A stretch of DNA of 63,207 nt, counting the filler, from Lenisia limosa (Eukaryota; Protista; Breviatea): NCBI GenBank assembly GCA_001655205.1. It is 14 parts of 14 records of this genome, joined end to end, with 100 filler letters (N's around TTAATTAATTAA, not from the genome) between each part and the next. Parts side by side here need not be neighbours in the genome. Positions count along the whole stretch, not along the records: positions 23,389 to 36,681 come from LPNZ01010878.1; positions 36,782 to 38,738 come from LPNZ01001379.1; positions 38,839 to 40,910 come from LPNZ01010651.1; positions 41,011 to 46,730 come from LPNZ01009149.1; 10 more parts are not named here. One strand, written 5' to 3'. Positions 26,401-41,911 of this stretch are shown piece by piece. The notes beneath the pieces were generated by a model, which had not been told where the DNA came from, searched no databases, and worked only from the letters and a program-made list of their open reading frames with translations. A program made the position numbers and the translations under genes. Positions within the stretch are counted from its first letter, which is position 1, and each line of letters starts with the position of its first letter.

Positions 26401-28145
26401 ACATCCATTTCTTCCTGCAAGGATGAATGCAAATATGATGCTAAGTGAGTTGTCTAACAGCCAACCAGTTTCTCCTTCATCAGTGGGTGTCCTGCATGGT
26501 GTGAGTGTCCAACATGGTCAACACCAAGAAAATGCCCAATGAAAATCGAAGGTCCTGATCCTGGAAATTTATTACGCTTTTCCCTCAATACACAAAAAAG
26601 AGGATTATTTTTATGTTCACCATTTGCCATTTTTTTGACTGTAGGAACAAGAAGCTCAGTTACTCCATTGTCGACTGTGTAGAGGTCTTTCACGTTAAAT
26701 GATGAGTACGGCACACTTGGGTTCAGAGCTACGAATGTCAGAGACCAGCTGGAATAATATTATGATTTAGTAGCATTTTTTCGCTCCCAACACGATAAAT
26801 TAGGTTGTTCACAGAAAATTGTTCATACACTTCGGGTAAAGGAAAGACCATGTGTCGTCGCCAACAAATCCGACTCCCTTTTGATATTTGGAAATCTGAA
26901 AAGTGAACTGAGAAAAGTTGGAACGCGCAAATTGAAATCCAACATTCCTCAAGTGCCCACCTGGTCAACCCAGTTATCTTCCTCAATAGAAGCAGACTGA
27001 AAGTTTGCACTCATATCAATAAATGTGGGAAGTCCGCTAAGAATGTGAGAATGCGTCATTAAAACACACATGAAGAAAGGATGGTCCAAGAAGGAAGTAT
27101 CATTTTATACCTCAATGTAACAGTTTTGTTTTCGTTCATGTATTGAGACCCCAAAGCCATTCATACCCTGTTGTCATTCCTTTGAGCCGTTGAGACGTTG
27201 TTGTTGGGGGGTCTGCATACCTGCGTTGTCAATAATATTCTATCACCAAGTGGTTGGGTGAAAATGGCCGAATTGTTACTCACATCTCCTACCCTAAATA
27301 ATGCTGAAAAAAGCATGAGATAATACTTGCACTCAATTTATAATATCACGTTAGGATCAACTCACCACTGAAATAAACGTGATTCTCCCGTGGATTTTTC
27401 AAGCACCGAGTTCAAACGAGGCATACGGTTTCGGAAGGACGGGGCTAAAACATGAACATACACTATTATAGAATTGCATAATGACAATGGATTGCAATAT
27501 TCAGCATACCGTTATCAAGATCCAGGGCTTTATCGGGAGCCACGAAGTCGAATCTCATAGCGTCAACAATGAACATGACAACATTCGAAGCAGTTGCCGG
27601 AAGCCAACATGAACCGTGGTCACTGGATGATATGACCTAAGCCATGGGTTAGACTTAATTCAGTAGTATTATTTGATCAAAATGTACAGTGCTTAAAAGA
27701 AAATAAAAACTATGATAAGAAAAACAAAAAGCTGACATCACCCTACTGGTGTTGACTTGAAAATGTTAGCGTTCACACTGCCATGCTCCTTAAAAGTAGG
27801 AATGGCGTCACATGACGAATAACGGTTCAATTCAATTCGGGCAAGGAAGAATCCTTTGTATTGTGAAGATTTGACCATGGGTAAGAATAGTTTGTAACCA
27901 TGTAGATTTTTTGCAATACATTGGGGATTCATTTATATTTAGACTGGGTTTTAACGAAGCGAAAAGGACCAACCAGTTGTGAAGAAGTAGAGTGAAAGGA
28001 AGGCTAGCAGTGTGGTTCCCGCAAGAATGGGTCGGAAAAATGGAACTGTCACCTTGGGGGTTGTGAATAATTTAGCAAAGGAAAGCGATAGGCAGTTTTT
28101 CTTGCCACTTTGAGGCAACCCCCTCACAACTGTAGATGGCATCAT
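23440..28145 (-). CDS. PIGO: GPI ethanolamine phosphate transferase 3 (PIG-O/Gpi13), 3'-truncated by contig end
   Basis: YFFTTG|FFLARIEL, VVMFIVDAMRFD, ADPPTTTSQRLKGMTTG, GDHGMTSWGDHGGATPDEVNAAL, followed by many hydrophobic C-terminal exons. Start position is approximate. Confidence 0.92.
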
Positions 28146-28568
28146 TGGCAGCCTTGGACAAACTGAAATATCATTAGCTTCTTTCCAACCTATTAAAGCC
28201 TAAAAAAACAATGGTAAAGCACAAATATAAGCATATATTTAGTTTACGAAGACATACCTACTTAATTAGCATATACAAGCGGCGGGAAGAATTATATCCT
28301 CCTAACACATAAATCTGATTCACTAATAAATCGATGATATATATTTTATTACTAATATTATATATCACTATATTTGTTTGGAGGAGAAAGAGAGAGACAG
28401 CCTGGCCAACAAGACGAGAACAATGTCCCGGTTCGGGGCGCCTTTTGGGATTTATTTTTGCAATTTTGCCCATTCTCTGACTGCTGTTTCCCTGTCTGTG
28501 TTATCAATAGTTTTAGGATTTAATTGGATTTTGAAAGAAAGCGGAATAGGTAGTCATCCAAGTTTACA

Positions 28569-30833
28569 ATGAGCTCTTCTGGGGCGAAAGGAACCCCGCT
28601 CCCGGTACTTCATGATGAAGTTGTCATGGATGAATGGGGGATTGAAAAAGAATCGCTTTCCTTTGGTGCACTAATTGGGAATGGAGCCTTTGGAAGAGTA
28701 TGTTGACCTTCCATTCTTGTTATATTCTTAATTGGAGATTTTTAACGTGCGTAGGTCTTCAGGGGAGAATATCTGGGCACTGAGGTAAGCTTTCTTCCCG
28801 GACTTTCCATCCCGTTCTAATTCATTTAGGTTGCAATTAAGGAGATCTATGACCCTTCAAACTCAGACACCAAAAAATACGTTGAACGGGAGATCCACAC
28901 TTTGATGTGAGTTGCTATTCGCAATCTTAAATATGTTCAAATGTTTTTTTGGCCAATTGTTCTCTCTCCCCTTTTTATTGGAATAATAGTAATTTTGGGT
29001 GTTGTGAATTGGGAATTAGAACCGCGCGTTTGTCTGGTTTTCCTCACCTTTATTTTTGTATTCACTTCTTTAGGGGCGTGAGACATCCAAACATCTTACA
29101 GGTTGGACAAGGGGTTGATAATGATGATGGGAAATACTTTCAGTGGTATTTCTAAGAGTAATACCGGGCTTTAATAACACGACCTTTCTGGGGACGTGGC
29201 CATTGCAATAAAGGACCAACCATCACCGTCTAGTTTATGGGCGTTTGCTTGGACGATGACAAGCTCCATATAGTCACAGAGTACATTTCACACGGATCTG
29301 TGGGCCAGCTCCTTGCTGACAAGCACACAAAGCTGCCATGGAAGGTGGGTCAGCCAACCACTATGAAGGGATATTAATGTGTTCCTATGGAAGGCGTAAT
29401 AACAGGAGGCATTATCCGTGGCTTCTTCTAATCATGTAGTTCCGAACGCGTGTTTTAGTAGATGTTGCTCGAGCCATGGTAGGAATGAATCAGAAGGGTA
29501 TTGGATGTGGCAATGTGTAATTGGGCTATAGTGGGTTGTACTTGTTTGTTTTGAATGCGATTCATACGTATGTTATACTGCCAGGTTTACATGCACGCAC
29601 GCCACGTGATGCATAGGGATCTCAAGGCCGCCAATCTCATGGTGAGCTGGGCCTGACTTTCGAGCTTGGTACCATTTTATTCCTTTCATCAACCTTTTGG
29701 ATGATGCTACCCAAGGGAAACCCTGCATTGTTGAAGTGTAACCATCAGGTTGATGCCAGCAAGCGTATCAAGGTCTGCGATTTTGGGCTGGCCCGGCCCG
29801 TGGATTCCGCAGCCACAATGATGAGTCTTTGTGGCACCGACCCCTGGATGGCACCCGAAGGTACCGGGGTGCTGTGACGTCTTTTTGAACAATTATTGAG
29901 ATGCCCAAGGATTGAAGAAGCAATTAGCATAATACCCGCCTTTTCCTGCTGAAGGTGCCTATGCCTAACACCGCAGTTATTGTGGGCGCGCCGTATGATC
30001 TCAAAGCTGACGTGTTCTCGTTCGGTATTATCATTCTCGAAGTGCTGACCAGGTACGGGGGGTGGAAAGTATGAAATAGAATTTAGAGATTCAAACGAAG
30101 GCATAAAAATACAAGAGTATGCTGGAGAGGCACGAAGAAATCTGTGTGCACAGATTGTAAGGCAAATGAATGATTGGGTGAATTAATTTCATACTACAAT
30201 CCAATATCTCTAATAAGCGTGATGGTGTAGACGGCTTCGGCCAGATTCAACCTTATTTTTTTATCATTGCTTTATATAATACAATAGGGGGGGGGGGTGC
30301 TGTTTGAGGATTGCATTTGCTGAATAGCTCTACCCTTCTTTGTTGACGTCTCAGGATGTCACCGGAGAACAATTTGTTCAGACGAGTGATGCCATACTTC
30401 CACCTGGACAAGGACCACATCAACACTCTCTTCCCTGACGACGTTCCTAAGGAGGTGCTTGGAATGGCCCCATCAGAAACCTGCCTTTTCACGGCTCCAT
30501 TATTGACCCCTTAGTTGGTAGCGATTGCCTTCGACTGTTGCAGCGACGACCCTCGCTCGCGCCCTCTGTTTCCTGTTATCCTCTCCAGGCTCCTTGCTGT
30601 ACTCCAGCAGATCCCAGGCCAACTTGGTGCGTGTTTATCCTCTTCGTGGTTTATTTGCGTTTCTAACATTTGGGCTGTTGCACCCCAATGTTTAATATTC
30701 CACAGAGTTCGTTCTCCCCGCCCCCCGCACAATGCCCGAACCAGAGTCGACCTCATTGGAGGAGGAGCGTGTGTCACACCCCTCTTTAAGTCTCGACGTT
30801 GAAGCTGCAAATAGTGGGCTTCTACGGGAATAG
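28569..30833 (+). CDS. TKL-group protein kinase, LIMK/TESK-like, 12 exons
   Basis: IGNGAFGRV, VAIKE, VRHPNILQFMGVC, HRDLKAANL, VCDFGLAR, CGTDPWMAPE, KADVFSFGI, CCSDDPRSRP; ATG 28569, TAG 30831-30833; all exon phases compatible. Confidence 0.92.
30119..30265 (+). repeat. Family D repeat, full length, in a TKL kinase intron
   Basis: 5' GCTGGAGAGGCACG...GTAAGGCAAATG...GACGGCTTCGGCCAGATTCAACCTT. Confidence 0.85.
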
Positions 30834-30925
30834 GGTCACCCTGTTTTCCTCCTGGATAACGAGTGTTAGAACTCTTTTGTGACCCATGGTTGACACTTGT
30901 AGCCCAGGTTTCCGCCACCGCAGGC

Positions 30926-36681
<5,756 letters not shown>

Positions 36682-36781
36682 NNNNNNNNNNNNNNNNNNN
36701 NNNNNNNNNNNNNNNNNNNNNNNNNTTAATTAATTAANNNNNNNNNNNNNNNNNNNNNNNNNNNNNNNNNNNNNNNNNNNN

Positions 36782-37090
36782 GCGGGATGGATGAACAAAT
36801 GCGGCCGCTCCGGCTCCCGCATGCCGTTCTACATGAAGGAGAAGCCAGCCTTCACTACCACCACCACCGTGGGTCTTGTTCGACCTTTTTTAATAGGATA
36901 AAAAAAAGAAGAATAAGTCCTGACACGTTTGGCTAAGGATAAAGCTCAGTATCCGTGTCAGGCCTCGCGTTCAGTTGTAGAGAAAAATCCGACAGCTTCT
37001 GGGTTATTTGGCCTAAAAGAGGCTTCGTTCGCCCTCTGACTGATCACTTAGATCGATGACCTCACTCCCGATGTCGATGATGAAGACTAA
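36782..37090 (+). CDS. 3' end of an unassigned gene
   Basis: AGWMNKCGRSGSRMPFYMKEKPAF...IDDLTPDVDDED, TAA at 37088-37090. Confidence 0.35.
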
Positions 37091-37463
37091 ACCCTGGTCG
37101 AGTCTTTAGTGTGTATATAGTTGATGCTGACGTTGATAAAGTTGTTGTTTCGATTTCAATGGGTGGGGGATGGGTGATCAAAACTGCCTTTCGATCTTGA
37201 TTATATACTACATAATCTCCATAAGTCCTGCCACGATTGACTGACTAAAGGAAAAGTTCAATATCCTCAGAAGATTGCAGAATACTTACGTCTAAATTCG
37301 TAACTGTCCTTTTGATGGAAATTTCCCATGATTTCCCTGCACCTTCCATCTTCATAAATTGAAACAAACAACTGAACAAAACAAAAATCATCAAACAAAC
37401 GCGCGCCACGGGAATTCAGTCAATGTAGTAAAGCAACAGACAACCCTCATCCTAGCCGCGATC

Positions 37464-38709
37464 ATGGAAGATGATGGGCCTCCCCCGTCCTTCGAGGCGC
37501 TCTACAGCCATGCTCTCAGTGACAGAGGTCTTGCAGGTTTGGGGGAAATACAGCAGAAGTCTCTCTTCTTTGCGCTTTCCATTCATGTCAAAGAAGTACT
37601 TCGTTTGATCACTTATATCAAGGAGAAGCAATATTATTGTATTAGTTTCTTATTTTCTCCTTTGAGCTTGGCGTTGGGGAAGGGTTTGTTGCATCACTTC
37701 CTTCGTTCGCGAAATCATAATGTCATAAAAACTACCTCATACTAGCTTCTTCCGGTGTTAGGGCCTTGTTTTTATTGTTTTTTTTTTGTTTTTTTTTCAC
37801 CCTCCTGTGCTACTAAAATGTTAAGCCGGCAGAGTTTATTTTGGATTCTTTGTTTCAAAATTTTTCTTATTGCTCCTTAGGTTACTGTGACTCCTTGTAT
37901 GGACTTCAGAAACTGAGTTGCCCTGCCCCCACGCTGCAGTCACTTTTTTTGGTCCCCTCAAAGGTGTGTACGTTGTGTGCTGTGTTATGTGTGTTGTGGT
38001 AACCCCCATCATACATCCTCATCCTCACACGCATCCACACAACATACTACAAATATATACCGTGATCTTACAAAGTATCTTGATGAGGGACGAGGGAAAC
38101 AGTATGTCTTAACATTGCAGGTGTCACCATCGTCAGGCAAGGGCGACGATCTGCCCCTGCCAAATTCCGCACCGCCCACTGTGCCCCTCACAGTAGCCAA
38201 GAACGAGACCACTGGATCGTCGAAACGCCTTTCACACTGTGTTACGGCTGCGAGGCTGGCTCTTCTTGCTTCTCAGGTGGATATTGGTAGGAATATATAT
38301 ATGTTATATATATATATAGTGACCGGGATAAATCTTGACTAAAATTCCTTGTGACAAAAAATTACACCCCTCCAGACGATGCCAGTAGCCGCTTTATCCG
38401 CTCTGATGCTCTCCATCACACATCCTCCGCTGCTGCTGCAGTAGCTGGTAAGCCCCCTAACCCCATCAACAGAATTAGTAGTAATATATATTTATTTTTC
38501 ATCTCAAGCAATTTTGGTTCAAAGCAGACAGGATTTCCGATGAATCCTCGAGAAATAGCAATATTTTACATTATTTGGAACCGAAAATGGAGCTCTCATT
38601 TTTTGGTGTTCTGTCACAATTTCAGGCCTGGTTGTCCCCCCAAAACGCCCAAGCATTCGACGCAAAGAACGGAATGCGCAACGCAAAGGAGAGACTTCCG
38701 GGGACACGT
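37464..38709 (+). CDS. 5' part of an unassigned multi-exon gene
   Basis: ATG 37464 (MEDDGPPPSFEALYSHALSDR|gt); further GT/AG-bounded exons, e.g. SKRLSHCVTAARLALLASQ and AWLSPQNAQAFDAKNG. Confidence 0.45.
37823..37880 (+). repeat. Family E 3' remnant ending at the acceptor
   Basis: AAGCCGGCAGAGTTTATTTTGG...TTTCAAAATTTT...CTCCTTAG|. Confidence 0.6.
38317..38348. mobile_element. Family C MITE, left half
   Basis: (TA)n-TAGTGACCGGGATAAATCTTGAC. Confidence 0.55.
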
Positions 38710-39121
38710 TGTGGGGGGGGGGTGAAATTGATGTGACGNNNNNNNNNNNNNNNNNNNNNNNNNNNNNNNNNNNNNNNNNNNNTTAATTAATTAANNNNNN
38801 NNNNNNNNNNNNNNNNNNNNNNNNNNNNNNNNNNNNNNATATGATATATGATATATATATATATATATATATAGTATAGCTATAGTATATAAATATATTT
38901 TTTTAAAAAAAACTTAGAGTAGAAATAAAAAATGTAAATAGCATAATAATAAATAAAACAAATAAAATAGATAAAACCTGGGGTTGCAAAAGGTATGACC
39001 ATTGGGGCAAATCAGTTGAATCTTTAGAAAAATCATAAAATGGGTGCAAATAACAAATGATATGATATTAAATAAAACTGGGGGATAGTGTATTCTAAAC
39101 ATAGAGAGGAGAGATCTTCAT

Positions 39122-39152
39122 CAAGAATGTATCTGGCCGAAGCCGTCCACAC
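39122..39152 (-). repeat. Family D 3' fragment
   Basis: ATCTGGCCGAAGCCGTCCACAC; further fragments at 9415-9437 (+), 39912-39938 (-), 40725-40778 (-), 49558-49588 (+) and 63095-63148 (-). Confidence 0.7.
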
Positions 39153-39201
39153 AATAGAAATAAATTCAATAAAACCTGGGGATGCTAATACCCCCTCTTA
39201 C

Positions 39202-40910
39202 CTCCGTTGAAGGGGTGAAGATGACGTTGATGTGGAAGACCTCTCCGGGCAGAATGTCAACTGGACGAATTGGCCAGTTCTCCCCCTAGGTTTTATTAAT
39301 TAAATGGACTTGAGTAATACAAAAAAGAGATACCTATTGATCAGTTCTCCCCCTAGGTATTATTATTTTTAACAGATACATAATAGACGATATATAATGA
39401 ATACTGTATGTACGGCATCATTTCGGTTCGAAAAATCGGTAAAATATCGATAGTCTTTTCGAGGATTTATCGAAAAATTCAGTCTTTTTTCGAACCGAAG
39501 TAAAGCACTTCCCCCCCCCCTCACTCTAGAAAAGGACGCGTTTTTAGGCAAGTCGAAAGCCACGTTTTTCAGAGTTGCATTTCCGGAGTTGGCAACGGGG
39601 ATCATTTGTGGTGTGGATTTTCCGAGCATACAGCGACCAAAATCGAAGCGGTTGCGCGGTGGGGTCAAGAGTCTGGGAGGATTATATGATATATAGTTTC
39701 ATAGGGTGGGGGGAGCAAAACTAGAAAATTTATAAACAAGCCCAAAAATAAATTGTTGGCTGACNNNNNNNNNNNNNNNNNNNNNNNTGATAACAACAAA
39801 ACAAACAAAGCCAAGACCAGTCGGTTCTGCAGCACAGCATCCCATCACTTGGGGGTATATACAAGGTACATGAAATATATGCATATAGCAATTGGAAATA
39901 AAAAATGTTTTAACTGGCCGAAGCCGTCAAACCATCACAAATATAAAATCATATTTGTGAACTGTCTATCATTTTCCACGCAGTGATATGATACCTTATA
40001 TCACTTGTGTTATAAAACCCTCGTGTTGTTATGGTTCATCATTTCTACCTGAAAGTCGTTCATCTGGTCATATGCATGGTATCTGTTTCCCTAGATTTCT
40101 AATGTATGTTGTTTCTCTTGTATAAAACAAAAAAAATATGATCATGTGCAGATAATAATAGAGACATGCGAAATAATGGAGCTTCAAAGCCGAATCCGTC
40201 CAAATCATCACACTAATAGAAGATAATTAATACACAAAATGAAGTGGGTATGGCTCAACATCCCCCCCCCCCCCNNNNNNNNNNNNNNNNNNNNNNNNNN
40301 NNNNNNNNNNNNNNNNNNNNNNNNNNNNNNNNNNNNNNNNNNNNNNNNNNNNNNNNNNNNNNNNNNNNNNNNNNNNNNNNNNNNNNNNNNNNNNNNNNNN
40401 NNNNNNNNNNNNNNNNNNNNNNTACTAATCACGAACAAATAATCTGAAACTCCAAACAAACAAAAAACGAGCAATAAAAAACACGAGCAACCAACGCCAT
40501 AACTACAGATGTCAAAAACACAAAAACAAAGAGTGAGGAAAATTTAAGAAACAAACAAAAGCCCAATTTCTAACAATCTTCCACCACAACCCAACCAACA
40601 ACTCAATATACCTATAGTGGCCGGGAGTCCTGACATATATACTATGAATTTACCTCGTGAAAATCACAAGACTTTGTAAACACATTTATATACAGACATA
40701 TATATAGCAATGAGATATAGCAATGAGAAATAAAAAATGAATTAGTATCTGGCCAAAGCCGTCCACACTTATAAGAGATTTTAGACTATAGTATAGCTAT
40801 ATACTATATTATACATATAGCTATGTATATCGATATATGATATTATGTAAAGCATATGATATATGATATAGCCCCCCCCCCCGCACTTGGTAGTGGTCGC
40901 CGGCGGAAGG
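39202..40910 (-). CDS. ASPM-SPD-2-Hydin (ASH)/Ig-like domain protein fragment (cilium/centrosome class)
   Basis: Exons ~39519-39672 and ~39202-39285 read NRFDFGRCMLGKSTPQMIPVANSGNATL...PVDILPGEVFHINVIFTPS, the DFG..G...N.G...PGE...F.P ASH pattern. An upstream donor (gtgcggggg) lies at ~40884. Confidence 0.7.
39411..39508. mobile_element. hAT-type MITE (family A), decayed
   Basis: TTCGGTTCGAAAAA...TTTTTCGAACCGAAG with the family core; in an ASH-gene intron. Confidence 0.7.
39704..39848 (-). repeat. Family E repeat in an ASH-gene intron
   Basis: Reverse strand: GTGATGGGATGCTGTGCTGCAGAACCGACTGG...GTCAGCCAAC...TTTTGGGC; ends ~30 nt before the acceptor at 39673. Confidence 0.8.
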
Positions 40911-41432
40911 NNNNNNNNNNNNNNNNNNNNNNNNNNNNNNNNNNNNNNNNNNNNTTAATTAATTAANNNNNNNNNNNNNNNNNNNNNNNNNNNNNNNNNN
41001 NNNNNNNNNNGAGGCAAGTAGAGAATCTGATATGGGAGAGGGGAGGTACATTAGAATCCAGTATCAATGCTAACAAGCATTTCAACATAATTACCCATTT
41101 TCTGAGATGTTTGTATAGGATGAAGAGTTGATAATACTCAATATCAACACCTTCTTTGCCATTTGAACCCGAAGGCCGTAGATTCGGCCTCTTATCTTCC
41201 ACCAAGACGACTCACCGAATAGTCCTTTGACCCCTCCCGAATTGCCTCGCCTGTCGATGAATGGGATGCTGAAGGCCCGGATGGATTGGAGGTGGGGGGG
41301 GGGTTAAAATTGAAAAATNNNNNNNNNNNNNNNNNNNNNNNNNNNNNNNNNNNNNNNNNNNNNNNNNNNNNNNNNNNNNNNNNNNNNNNNNNNNNNNNNN
41401 NNNNNNNNNNNNNNNNNNNNNNNNNNNNNNNN

Positions 41433-41545
41433 GAAATTTTAATGAAGAATAATGGCGTAAAGGTACTAACCACGAGCCACAATCTAAAACTCCAAACAAA
41501 AAACAAAAAAAAACAAGCAATAACAAGAGCAACCAACGCTAAAAG
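41433..41545 (-). repeat. Third intronic repeat (family F)
   Basis: Shares GTACTAA..ACGA..AATCT.AAACTCCAAAC..GAGCAACCAACGC with 40423-40510; its reverse complement GATTAGTACCTTTACGCCA.TATTCT..AT.AAAATTTC occurs at ~43050-43120. Confidence 0.7.
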
Positions 41546-41911
41546 CAGACAGAAGGGTGGGAAGTGGGGATGTTTGTTGTTGAGGGTGGAAGTGTAAATG
41601 TTTCCTTTACTTATTAATTCGTTTTAGTGTTGAAATTTGTGGCAAAACCCCTACATTCATTGATAGTGTTGAAATTTGTGGCAGGACCCATCCATTGCTG
41701 CTAATACCCCAGGAAGTTGGCGTGTCTCCCGAGCTCTCTCCACAAGTATGACTTCTTTCTGTGTTACTTTTTGATCATTTATGGCTTCTTTCTGTGTTAC
41801 TGTTTGATCATTTTGCCATATTATTGGTTTCTCAAACGGCTTATTAAATTGCCCTTAAAAGCTCACTGATTAGATGGCATCGGCAGCAGTACCCCCAATG
41901 CCACCTTATAG

